From Octopus bimaculoides (Eukaryota): DNA of 64,000 bases. Position numbers and translations under genes: made by a program. Under the pieces are notes generated by a model that saw nothing but the letters and a program-made list of their open reading frames with translations, ran no database searches and was not told the DNA's origin. Location: positions 69,254,227-69,318,226 of the forward strand of contig NC_068991.1 of the NCBI RefSeq assembly GCF_001194135.2. Reading direction: 5' to 3'. How positions within the stretch are numbered: position 1 is the stretch's first letter; each line of letters begins with the position of its first letter. Below are positions 51,868-64,000 of the stretch, in pieces.

Positions 51868-52552
51868 TACACACACACGTACATATATATATATATGCTG
51901 AAATATAAAAGAAGAATGGGAACGTGAAAGAAAAAACAACGTAAATTCAAATAAACATGCAAAAAGACAAAAGAAATGGCAATAACTTAGATAATATAGG
52001 AATTCTTCGATCAATAATTCTGATAAATGAAGAACTGTCGTCAGAGGTGTACGTGTGTGTTTGTGTATGTGTGTGTGTGAACGCGCACATACATATGCAT
52101 ATATATACATATATATAAGTGGCCTCCTTTATATATATTTTTATATATACATATATATATAGAGAGAGATAGATGTATATATATATATATATACATATAT
52201 ATAAGTGGCCTCCNNNNNNNNNNNNNNNNNNNNNNNNNNNNNNNNNNNNNNNNNNNNNNNNNNNNNNNNNNNNNNNNNNNNNNNNNNNNNNNNNNNNNNN
52301 NNNNNNNNNNNNNNNNNNNNNNNNNNNNNNNNNNNNNNNNNNNNNNNNNNNNNNNNNNNNNNNNNNNNNNNNNNNNNNNNNNNNNNNNNNNNNNNNNNNN
52401 NNNNNNNNNNNNNNNNNNNNNNNNNNNNNNNNNNNNNNNNNNNNNNNNNNNNNNNNNNNNNNNNNNNNNNNNNNNNNNNNNNNNNNNNNNNNNNNNNNNN
52501 NNNNNNNNNNNNNNNNNNNNNNNNNNNNNNNNNNNNNNNNNNNNNNNNNNNN

Positions 52553-52587
<35 letters not shown>

Positions 52588-53445
52588 CATACATATATAA
52601 AAAAAACAATTATTATTCATATGCAATCTTCTTTCTATAACAAATCAGTTAAAGAAAATACGAAAATAACATAGTATTAAAAACAAACCTATTGGCAGAA
52701 ACATTAAGCTACTTAATGTTAACTGGAATGCAAGCTGGAAATGCTATGTAATATAATTGTTTTCGGGAAAAATATACCGATTCTCTGTTTTCTTGTAGAC
52801 ATTTTTGTTTCTATCCTTCACCATCTATTAACGAGTCTCCCTCTATCCATGTCACTTCGTGTCTGCCTCTGTGTGTGTCTTTGCCGTAATATATTATTCC
52901 CCTTTACTATTCTCTATTATTATGAATGCAGCTGTTGACATTGCATAATATAAATTATAATATATATAAATACACATATATAATATATTTATATGTATTT
53001 CTACACACATGCGCGTGTACAGACGTACATATATGCAGGTACAACAGAGACAGTACTCAACACACGCTGTGGAGTATATTCTGATACAATGAAGAAGATG
53101 CGTCTTTGCCATCTATCACCATCCATGGTACCTCCCTTGCTTGAAATTTCTGAGGCAAATATAGATTAATGCCGATTGGATCCTGAAATTTTGAAGCGAG
53201 GGAGTAGGTATGAGTATCAATAAATTAAATCACCGTTGATATATATATTCAGTACTATTTACCGTGATTGTGTAACGCAGATATCTGCGTGTGCAAACAC
53301 ACACACAAATTCCATATTATTTTATATATGTGTGCAATTTTTGAGTATGTATGAGCATGCCAAATGGTTTACTTGTTTATGTTTAGCATTAGTAACATTT
53401 TCTGCGCCATTTCTTCGCCGTTTTTTCGTCATGATAGGCAATACT

Positions 53446-53848
53446 CTTTTACTCTGTTGTTTTAGTCATTTGACTGTGGCCATGCCGGTGCACCGCCTTT
53501 AGTCGTGCAAGTCGACCCTAGTACTTATTCTTTGTAAGCCTAGTACTTATTCTATCGGTCTCTTTTGCCGAACCGCTAAGTTAAGGGGGAACTAAACACA
53601 CCACCATCGGTTGTCAAGCGATGTTGGGGGACAAACAGAGACACACAAACATATACACACACATATACATATATATACATATATACGACAGGGTTCTTTC
53701 AGTTTCCGTCTACCAAATCCACTCACAAGGCTTTGGTCGGCCCGAGGCTATAGAATAAGACATTGCCCAAGGTGCCACGCAGTGGGACTGAACCCGGAAC
53801 CATGTAGTTCATAAGCAAGCTACCTACCAAACAGCCACTCCTACACCT
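53446..53848 (-). mobile_element. SINE family A, full length, young
   Basis: Same complete organisation as 18425 and 45185. Confidence 0.92.
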
Positions 53849-54695
53849 ATAAATGATAATAATTTTTTGTTTAATAACAGTGTTTCTGAATTTGTCATCC
53901 TTTGTCTACGTGGCGAAAATTTCTAAGATGGCAACACGTTTTCCTGCACCAAATTATCCTCTTTCCTTAAAGCCTAGCAGATACGCTCACTGAATGGGTC
54001 CCTACAAAGATAATGATGGGAATGTAATCTGTCTCTAAATTCGAAATACTGAGTGCACATAAATATTTCAACTCCATGGCCCTACTTGTAGCTAGTTTTA
54101 AAGCCTACAGTAACGGCTAGTACAATTTGTTTCAGAAGTCATACAAAGACAGAAGTATCAGATATCAGACTTTCGCTTTCATAACAAACGAGCTTACTTC
54201 AGCATGTCATATCGCGTTTCAATCGAATTAGAGACTTATATGTGTTGACACAGCACTAAACTCTCAGCAAGGGATTAATTTTAGTATAAAGGGGAACTCA
54301 GCTTAGTAGATTTTACATAGCTTTTGGTAGGTTTCACGGCGAGTTACAATCCATATATTTATGTATATTATCAGTACTTGACGGAATCTCAGTTTCCCAA
54401 CAATTGCAAACTTTGAAACCATTCTAAGAGTATTAAAATTATTTAAATTGTTTTTAGTTTGGATATCTATTTTATCATGTTGAAAAAAACATGGAAAATG
54501 CGTTAGTCCAAGAGGATTGCAGATGTACGATGTGGGGGAATATTCGGCATATATTTTAGTTAAGGAACGGGTGAGTTAGTTATACACAAAAGGTGAACAA
54601 CGGAAGTATATGCAACCAATTTTTTTTTCAGATGGTGAATGGCATCTAGAGATATTGCATAAGACAATGGTATTTCCAACAGGTAAAGATAATAG

Positions 54696-54822
54696 AAATA
54701 AATGCGCCCTTTTAAAGCCTAGACAGGCTCATGGGCCCGGTTTCCCGGTTTCAATGGCGTATGTGTTTCCCAGCTGGACCGGACGCCAGTCCATCGCAGC
54801 GTTACTCATTTTTGCCAGCTAA
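54696..54822 (-). mobile_element. SINE family C-type 3' half with V-domain-like segment
   Basis: Minus strand reads agctggcaaaaatgagtaacgctgcgatggactggcgtccggtccagctggg...gaaaccgggaaaccgggcccatgagcc. The first part matches 12910-12930. Confidence 0.75.
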
Positions 54823-55341
54823 GTTTGTTTGTTTTTTCTATATATACCCGCTTTCTCTATTTATAATACGTTCCTCCATTTTCTATATGACTCCATTCTT
54901 TAGCATTATACCCGATGACAATATACATCCTATGATACTGTTTTATACTCATCGCACACTCCACTTTGTTTTACATAAATTATACTCCTCTATTATCACA
55001 ATTTCTAACACAAGTATACACAAATATTCTTTGTTTCGTATATAACTTATCCGCACGTCTATCATATTTATTTGTATTCCTGAGTTTTTTCCTCTGTATC
55101 CCATAAACCCGTTATTTCTATACACTTTATGTGCATTTTTCGTGTATTTCTATATTATTTGTACTTTTGTTCCCTAACATAGAACCATTACTGTTTCTTT
55201 GTTTTGTCCTTAATATGCCCTGCAATATGTTTTTATATGCAACACAATCTTATATTTTGCTAACACCATGTACTCCAGTTACGGAGATGTACTTGCATAG
55301 CAAGTGACCTGATCTGAGATCGTGTGCTGGAACGAAAACAA

Positions 55342-55577
55342 TTGCAGCGTGGAAGGTGTTTATAAGCCATTTAAGAAACACACAAAAACCGTTAGATTCA
55401 CTTCAACATTTAAATTTAATTTGCCAAAATAGTTTCGTCGTCTTGAGACCGCGACCTGTTCACTGACAACATTCCCGCGGTCCCAAAGCGACGAAAATAT
55501 TTTGGCAAATTAACTTTAAATGTTGAAGTGAATCTAACGGTTTCTTAAATGGCTTATAAACACCTTCCACGCTGCAA
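55342..55577. repeat. 236-bp imperfect inverted repeat (foldback): arms about 112 and 102 bp, 22-nt spacer
   Basis: Left arm TTGCAGCGTGGAAGGTGTTTATAAGCCATTTAAGAAAC...GAGACCGCG (55342-55453) is the reverse complement of the right arm CGCGGTCCC...GTTTCTTAAATGGCTTATAAACACCTTCCACGCTGCAA (55476-55577), apart from one 10-nt indel and a few mismatches. Confidence 0.95.
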
Positions 55578-55675
55578 ATGTAATCCAGTATGTTCTACAA
55601 AAACTCAATTCCTGTCTTTAATATGCCTTAAAACATATAACAGGACACTTATACTAAGTTAAAGTTAGTTACGCC

Positions 55676-55884
55676 CAGGGGCGTAGCTAGGTTGAGGCAA
55701 GCAGGACACATACCCTAGGAGTCGTCACTTTGAGAGCGGCGCAATTTTGACTAAAATCATTTTCTAATTAATCTATTAAAAAAAAGACAGTTATTATTTT
55801 TACGCGTTTTTCCGCTTTTTGGTTGGGTTGGGAGCGCAATTTTGATGCTTGCCCTGGGTGACATTTACCCTAGATATGCCCCTG
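55676..55884. mobile_element. 209-bp non-autonomous hAT-type DNA transposon (MITE)
   Basis: TIRs CAGGGGCGTAGCTAGG and CCTAGATATGCCCCTG (reverse complement CAGGGGCATATCTAGG; 13/16 match). Flanks gttacgcc (55668-55675) and ggtacgcc (55885-55892) form a 7/8-identical 8-bp TSD. CAG-starting TIRs with an 8-bp TSD are characteristic of hAT elements. Confidence 0.8.
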
Positions 55885-57461
55885 GGTACGCCATATCATT
55901 GAGAGTTGTGTTGCTAGTCTCAAGTTGTTAAATTTAAAATAGGTCTAAATATTTACTGTAACAGGTACCCTATTTTCCTGATAATTTGATGAACCTGGTC
56001 CTTAAATCACTAGCGCAATCTATCCGGATGCCTGATATAAACCACAATACCTCAGATAACCAGAGACTTTAGAATCTGCCATAAGTGCTTTAAAATATAT
56101 GGAAGGTGCTACGATGTGACATCAATTCTGTGAGTTCGTAATTGTCTAAAGATCTTATTCATTCGCCCAAGCTACAGCCACTTAGGACTATTATTGTGTT
56201 AAGAGAAATATTTCAAATATACCAATTACAAGTGAAGTTAATTGTCCGGATAATGAAAATTATAGTTGTAGGCAACTAAATTACAGACATTTTAGCCAGG
56301 GAAGCAAAACCCGCAAATGTCTATACTAATACCAGACTCAGTTTGTAAACGCAAATTTGGTTTGACGACACAGTTTTGGTTTTATTCCACTTCTACTTCC
56401 ATACCAATTTCAACACCAAACATTTCAGAAATACACAAAAATTGAAAGCACATTTCCAGATTTTGTATAAATAACTACTACGTATGGCGGTGTATCGGTA
56501 CGGACGTGGGAAAGGTATGGATGTCTGAAAGTACCATTTAGAATAATTTTGAAGAATATCAACTACAGTTTATATTGCTATTGTTGTCATTAGAGATGTT
56601 AGTATTATTGTTAGTATTGGAATTTTCGTTGATGCTAGAGTTGGAAAGAGATGATAATGATGATGATGAGGATGATACGGAAGATGATGATGACGATGAC
56701 TATCTTTTTATGTATGTATTTGTTATTTCCCTTTGTCAGTACACACTTTTATGCTCCAGTATATACTCGGCACTATCCTTTCTTTAACATCTTACTACGA
56801 CAAAAACAAACACATAAATATACGAAACTTACAAATAAAATATATAACAAAATAAATTTAATGAAAAACACACACAAAATAAAAAAAAATAAAGCTAACA
56901 TCATATAAAAGAAAAATGAAATTTAAAGGCAAAAATACAAACCAATAGAAAAGAAAAAAAGAAGGAAAAAGCGAGGCAATTTTAACGGTAAAAGTGGGTG
57001 CACTTTAAGACGTGGATTCCAGCAGCCTGCAGGTCTTACTGTTTAGAACAGCAGGAATCAATAGAATCTGCTCTGAGAAAGAATCTTACATTTATTCAGG
57101 GGTTTGAGGGGAAAAAAATTTTAAATATATAGGTGTGTGAGTGTTTATATATGCATACGTGAATATGTATGCGTGTCTGGATGCGTGAATTAGGCGTGTG
57201 GGCGAATGTACGGATGTGTGTCTATGCATCAGAGTACGACTGCGCGTAAATATATAAACATATGTGTATATAAACTGAAGAAAAAGAAGAAACACCTAAA
57301 GAACAAATATAAATATACATATATATATATATATACACATATATATATGTGCATGTATATATATATATACATACACATATATATATATATGAGTGCATAT
57401 ATACATATATCCCTGTATATTTATCTATACATATATATTTATATATATATATATGCATATC

Positions 57462-57493
<32 letters not shown>

Positions 57494-59615
57494 CACGCTC
57501 ATATATATGTGTATGTGTGTGTGTGTGTGTGTGTGTGTTCATGACTATGGGTGTGTGTGTAGAATGTCAGTACATGATGTGTGTGTGATTGGATGTTAGT
57601 AGGTACGGTGAAAGACATAATGTTTGAGTAGAGGTAAGAGGAAATAATTGAAAGCATGCATTTATAAGTGAGTGTGCCAATGAGTAATAGGCAATGTGAG
57701 TGAGAGAAGAGTAAGAGAGGGAGAGGGAGAGGGAAAGACTGAGGGTCAGAGGATCTTTGGGACGGAGAGGGAGTAAACGTGAATGATGGGGTGAGAACGA
57801 TTAAAACACAGATTCGTAATGAGGGTAGAAAGAGAGAGAGAGAGAGAAAGNNNNNNNNNNGCAAAATTCGGGTTTTGTGCCTAGAGTAGTAAAAGATTGT
57901 TGGACTTCGGAAGTGTGAGAGACTAAATGATGTAATGATTAGAGAGAGAGAGTGTGTGTGAGAGAGAGAGAGTGAGGGAGAGAAAGAGAGAGGGTGAGAA
58001 AGTGAGAGAGAGAAAGATAAAGCGAAGTGAAGAGATTGGGTATGGCGAAGGTGAGTGGTAGGGTGAGTGGTGTGTCTTAGTATGTTTATATAAGAATAAG
58101 TATATATGTATGTATGTATGAAATGTATATATGTATATGGGTAGGTATGCATGTATGTATGTATGTATGTATATATGTATGTATGTATGAATGTATGTGT
58201 GTGTGTGTATGTAAGCATTTATGTATGTATGTATGTATGTCAATGCGTAATTAAGCAGGGATGTATGATTGTATATATGAGTGTATATNNNNNNNNNNNN
58301 NNNNNNNNNNNNNNNNNNNNNNNNNNNNNNNNNNNNNNNNNNNNNNNNNNNNNNNNNNNNNNNNNNNNNNNNNNNNNNNNNNNNNNNNNNNNNNNNNNNN
58401 NNNNNNNNNNNNNNNNNNNNNNNNNNNNNNNNNNNNNNNNNNNNNNNNNNNNNNNNNNNNNNNNNNNNNNNNNNNNNNNNNNNNNNNNNNNNNNNNNNNN
58501 NNNNNNNNNNNNNNNNNNNNNNNNNNNNNNNNNNNNNNNNNNNNNNNNNNNNNNNNNNNNNNNNNNNNNNNNNNNNNNNNNNNNNNNNNNNNNNNNNNNN
58601 NNNNNNNNNNNNNNNNNNNNNNNNNNNNNNNNNNNNNNNNNNNNNNNNNNNNNNNNNNNNNNNNNNNNNNNNNNNNNNNNNNNNNNNNNNNNNNNNNNNN
58701 NNNNNNNNNNNNNNNNNNNNNNNNNNNNNNNNNNNNNNNNNNNNNNNNNNNNNNNNNNNNNNNNNNNNNNNNNNNNNNNNNNNNNNNNNNNNNNNNNNNN
58801 NNNNNNNNNNNNNNNNNNNNNNNNNNNNNNNNNNNNNNNNNNNNNNNNNNNNNNNNNNNNNNNNNNNNNNNNNNNNNNNNNNNNNNNNNNNNNNNNNNNN
58901 NNNNNNNNNNNNNNNNNNNNNNNNNNNNNNNNNNNNNNNNNNNNNNNNNNNNNNNNNNNNNNNNNNNNNNNNNNNNNNNNNNNNNNNNNNNNNNNNNNNN
59001 NNNNNNNNNNNNNNNNNNNNNNNNNNNNNNNNNNNNNNNNNNNNNNNNNNNNNNNNNNNNNNNNNNNNNNNNNNNNNNNNNNNNNNNNNNNNNNNNNNNN
59101 NNNNNNNNNNNNNNNNNNNNNNNNNNNNNNNNNNNNNNNNNNNNNNNNNNNNNNNNNNNNNNNNNNNNNNNNNNNNNNNNNNNNNNNNNNNNNNNNNNNN
59201 NNNNNNNNNNNNNNNNNNNNNNNNNNTATATATACATATATATATACATATGTACATGTATATCTACATATTCATATGCATATTTACGCATGCATATACC
59301 TAAATAGAGTTATAGGTATATGTATTTATGAATATACATGTATATATATATTCATATATGCATGTAAATATATATATATATGTACATATAAATAAATGCG
59401 TACATACAAAAATACATATATATTTATATATCTGTATGAGCGAACACACGTTACGATGAAGTAGAGAAATTTGAAAAGACAACACGAAACCGGTTATTTC
59501 TCCAAAATACAATGTATATATACCAAAAAAATTTTATAACTTTTTTCTGACATAATTTAAATACATTCTTTAACCATGTAACACAAGCCTTCTGTAGTTT
59601 TTTCACTCTTATTAT

Positions 59616-59655
<40 letters not shown>

Positions 59656-59746
59656 TATATATCTATATATATATGTGGGCATAAACACAATATATATATA
59701 TTTATATGCATATATATCTAAATACACACACGGACACTCACACATA

Positions 59747-59747
<1 letters not shown>

Positions 59748-59830
<83 letters not shown>
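59748..59830. repeat. (AC)n microsatellite
   Basis: About 41 units. Confidence 0.95.
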
Positions 59831-59832
<2 letters not shown>

Positions 59833-60365
59833 AACGCGTGTCTGTCCGCGCTTGCATATATGCATACGTGCTTATATTCACAAATGTACACATAGAAAGT
59901 GAAGTCGAAACAAGGCGAAACATAGAGCGGTCATCTCTATATTTAAAGACATCATATTCTTCTCAGCCCTGCTTATATCTTAAGAAAAAGACCTGCGATA
60001 GAAAAGCCATTGACCAGGGCCTATGTGTGTATTGAAAGTTCAACAAACATAGCGTTATATACTACGAGGCTGGCGTATAATTTAAGCACCGTGGTAGCTA
60101 TTACTAGCATCCTCTTATTATGTGCGTACATATATATGTGTAGGTGTTCATATGCGCATGCGCGGGTGTATATGCACGTGTGCGACTGTGTATTTGTATT
60201 TTAGTATCTATGTATATGGATATATATCCATATTTACACACACACACACACACACGCACACTCACAAACATACACATATATACATATATATGTATGTATG
60301 TGTGTGTGTACGGTTGTGTGTGTGTGTGTGTACGTGTGTGTATGTGTGTATATGTACTGAAGAAT

Positions 60366-60514
60366 ATCTGCGTTGTAAGAAATGTGGTTCCGCAAACATG
60401 GTTCGGTGTTCAGTCCCAGTGCATGGCACCTTCGGTAGCTGTCTTCTACTATAGCTTTGAGCCGACAAAAATTCGTGAGTGATTTCAGGTAACGGTGACT
60501 GAAAGAAGCCCGTC
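60366..60514 (+). mobile_element. SINE family A, degenerate 5' part
   Basis: catggttcggtgttcagtcccagtgcatggcaccttcggtagctgtcttctactatagc...gactgaaagaagcccgtc. Confidence 0.8.
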
Positions 60515-60618
60515 ACACACACATTTATGTGTGTGTATACACTGCGCGCGCACACTCACCCTCACAAACACACACACTCACAAACAAGCACGCACACACA
60601 CACACGCACACATAAACG

Positions 60619-60672
<54 letters not shown>

Positions 60673-61291
60673 NNNNNNNNNNNNNNNNNNNNNNNNNNNN
60701 NNNNNNNNNNNNNNNNNNNNNNNNNNNNNNNNNNNNNNNNNNNNNNNNNNNNNNNNNNNNNNNNNNNNNNNNNNNNNNNNNNNNNNNNNNNNNNNNNNNN
60801 NNNNNNNNNNNNNNNNNNNNNNNNNNNNNNNNNNNNNNNNNNNNNNNNNNNNNNNNNNNNNNNNNNNNNNNNNNNNNNNNNNNNNNNNNNNNNNNNNNNN
60901 NNNNNNNNNNNNNNNNNNNNNNNNNNNNNNNNNNNNNNNNNNNNNNNNNNNNNNNNNNNNNNNNNNNNNNNNNNNNNNNNNNNNNNNNNNNNNNNNNNNN
61001 NNNNNNNNNNNNNNNNNNNNNNNNNNNNNNNNNNNNNNNNNNNNNNNNNNNNNNNNNNNNNNNNNNNNNNNNNNNNNNNNNNNNNNNNNNNNNNNNNNNN
61101 NNNNNNNNNNNNNNNNNNNNNNNNNNNNNNNNNNNNNNNNNNNNNNNNNNNNNNNNNNNNNNNNNNNNNNNNNNNNNNNNNNNNNNNNNNNNNNNNNNNN
61201 NNNNNNNNNNNNNNNNNNNNNNNNNNNNNNNNNNNNNNNNNNNNNNNNNNNNNNNNNNNNNNNNNNNNNNNNNNNNNNNNNNNNNNNNNNN

Positions 61292-61337
<46 letters not shown>

Positions 61338-61814
61338 CTGAGTGAGGGTAAGAAACTGGGGGAGAGAAAGATAAAGCGACAGAGAAATGAATGAGTTGAA
61401 ATCAATACAGTATAAATGTGTGAAAGAGTGGGAATAAATGTTTAAATGTGTGAATTTATGTATGTATGTATGTATGTATGTACGTAGATATGCATGTATG
61501 TAGTTATGTTTGTGTGTGGTGCGTATGTATGCATGTCTCTCCGTGTGTAATGGACGTTTCGTTTATATATGGCCGCGCATGGCATTAAAGGTTGTAAAAG
61601 AAATATTAAAAAAAAAAGAAAATGAGTGAAAATATATTTGGCTAAAATTTGGAAGGAAGCATAATAAAGTGAAAGTGAAAGTGAGAAGGAGGAAGAGGGA
61701 GTGAGAATGATTTGTGAGAGAAGGAGACGCTGGGAGTTGTACACGGAAAGATGGGGACAGATAGAAAAAGAAATACACTGAGAGACATTGTCACCTGTGT
61801 GTGTGATTGTCTAT

Positions 61815-61851
<37 letters not shown>

Positions 61852-62297
61852 GAGAGAGAGAGGAATAGAGTCACACACAGGGTGAAGGATTGAGAGAGAA
61901 AGAGCAAGAGGAAGAGGGAATTGCAGGAATTATTGAGGGAAGGAGGAGATATGTATAAAGATAAAAAGAAAGGATAGTCGAGAAAATATCAAACATACAT
62001 AAAATTGAAAGTAATGCTAAACAACAAAAACAATAATGGCCGCTGATATAAAACAACTATACAATGTCGGTGGGAGGAGTAGTAGAGGAGAGTGGAAGTA
62101 TGAGCTGCAATGACAGAGAGAGAGGAAGAGAGGGGTTCACGAAATGGGTGTAGGAGGAGGAGGATGTAGAAGGGTATTAAACACGTATGTCTCTGTTAGT
62201 TTGCATGTGTATCTCAACATATACGCTTGTATGGACGTTGTTTTGTGTGTGTGTATGAGTGAGTGTGTGTGCTGTGTGTGCGAGAGAGGGGCCAAAT

Positions 62298-62341
<44 letters not shown>

Positions 62342-62775
62342 GTATATGTGCTTGTGATTGACTGTGAGTGCATTTATGAATGTGTATGCACATGACTATG
62401 TAAATATATATATATATATATATANNNNNNNNNNNNNNNNNNNNNNNNNNNNNNNNNNNNNNNNNNNNNNNNNNNNNNNNNNNNNNNNNNNNNNNNNNNN
62501 NNNNNNNNNNNNNNNNNNNNNNNNNNNNNNNNNNNNNNNNNNNNNNNNNNNNNNNNNNNNNNNNNNNNNNNNNNNNNNNNNNNNNNNNNNNNNNNNNNNN
62601 NNNNNNNNNNNNNNNNNNNNNNNNNNNNNNNNNNNNNNNNNNNNNNNNNNNNNNNNNNNNNNNNNNNNNNNNNNNNNNNNNNNNNNNNNNNNNNNNNNNN
62701 NNNNNNNNNNNNNNNNNNNNNNNNNNNNNNNNNNNNNNNNNNNNNNNNNNNNNNNNNNNNNNNNNNNNNNNNNNN

Positions 62776-63210
62776 GTATTCAGGCAGGCGTACATACATT
62801 GATATACATGAATTTAAATCCACATATACCTATATGCATGAATGTATGCAAAAAGTTTGATGTACACGCACACCTATATAAACACGTACATACATACATA
62901 CGTTCACAAATGCTCTCACACAAACACACACACGCACACACAGAGCCATCATGTACAATATCCACACAACCCATGCATGCCTCTGTGTGTCTGTGTCTGT
63001 GCATGTGTGTTTGTGCATACATATACGTATGTCTTCACAAGCGAAGACGGAGGTGCTAGAGTGTTATGGCGGGGTTGGTCGTGGCGGATGAGAGACAGTT
63101 TTAAAATACATTAAAATAACACGCTGTAAATACGCGTCTCCCTACTGACATCTTAAAAATTCCTTCTTAACTGTATATATTTTCTGTCCCTTTCTTCCTT
63201 TACAGCTCTA

Positions 63211-63266
<56 letters not shown>

Positions 63267-64000
63267 CTCTCTGTCTCTTTTTCTTTACAAATGCCATTCT
63301 CTCTAACGTTTCTACCATTCTATTCTTTTCATCCCAAGATTTACAAATTCACCATCACTATGTCACTCCGCACGCTCCCTCTCTCTCCCCCCTCTCTCTC
63401 TTACTATCAATTTAACTTTTAACTCCCCCCTTTCTTTTCATGCATCTTACGACGTTTCTTCTTCATCCTCTCTTTATGTCCATTTTGCATTGATTTTATT
63501 TGTTGTTGCTGTTGTTGTTGGTGGTGGTGCTGGTAATGGCGGTTGTAGTGTTGGTGATTTTTCATCTTGATTATTTTTTAGAGATTTTTCTTTCNNNNNN
63601 NNNNTATATATATATATGAATATATGTGTGTGTGTGTGTGCATTTGTATGTGTGTGCATGTATGTTTATATGCATGTGTATTCAGGCAGGCGTACATACA
63701 TTGATATACATGAATTTAAATCCACATATACCTATATGCATGAATGTATGCAAAAAGTTTGATGTACACGCACACCTATATAAACACGTACATACATACA
63801 TACGTTCACAAATGCTCTCACACAAACACACACACGCACACACAGAGCCATCATGTACAATATCCACACAACCCATGCATGCCTCTGTGTGTCTGTGTCT
63901 GTGCATGTGTGTTTGTGCATACATATACGTATGTCTTCACAAGCGAAGACGGAGGTGCTAGAGTGTTATGGCGGGGTTGGTCGTGGCGGATGAGAGACAG
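62776..64000 (+). other. At least 323-bp exact direct duplication (62776-63098 = 63678-64000) next to gaps
   Basis: Identical by eye, offset 902. The first copy starts exactly at a gap edge and a 10-N gap lies between the copies. Confidence 0.9.

Noticed and set aside
57040-57072. 33-nt minus-strand microexon candidate (ttctttctcag|...|gtaaga)
   Set aside because: Short pyrimidine tract, opposite strand to the other micro-candidates, and no supporting evidence; within chance expectation.

Overview
This is an AT-rich, repeat-dense animal genomic window. It has about 26 N-gaps totalling roughly 11-12 kb, nearly all flanked by microsatellites, as expected of a short-read draft assembly. The repeat content resembles Octopus (coleoid cephalopod) DNA; this is from my recall of such sequences, not a database search. 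I found no recognisable host protein-coding gene, rRNA, true tRNA gene or CRISPR array, so the window looks intergenic or deep-intronic. Almost all ORFs in the supplied track are translations of microsatellites or N runs. Supportable content: (i) at least three tRNA-derived SINE families, here called A, B and C, in about 28 copies or fragments; (ii) two decayed RTE-clade LINE 3' portions on the minus strand; (iii) a 5'-truncated R4/Dong-like retrotransposon encoding a restriction-like endonuclease, sitting inside a (TAA)n array that appears to be the tail of one of the RTEs; (iv) a 209-bp hAT-type MITE with a near-perfect 8-bp TSD; (v) a 236-bp foldback; (vi) a Penelope-like terminus with a degenerate hammerhead-like fold; (vii) mini- and microsatellites; and (viii) two gap-adjacent exact duplications that are probably assembly artefacts. 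I did not find a convincingly new biological system. The most interesting signals are transposon nesting and modular SINE architecture.
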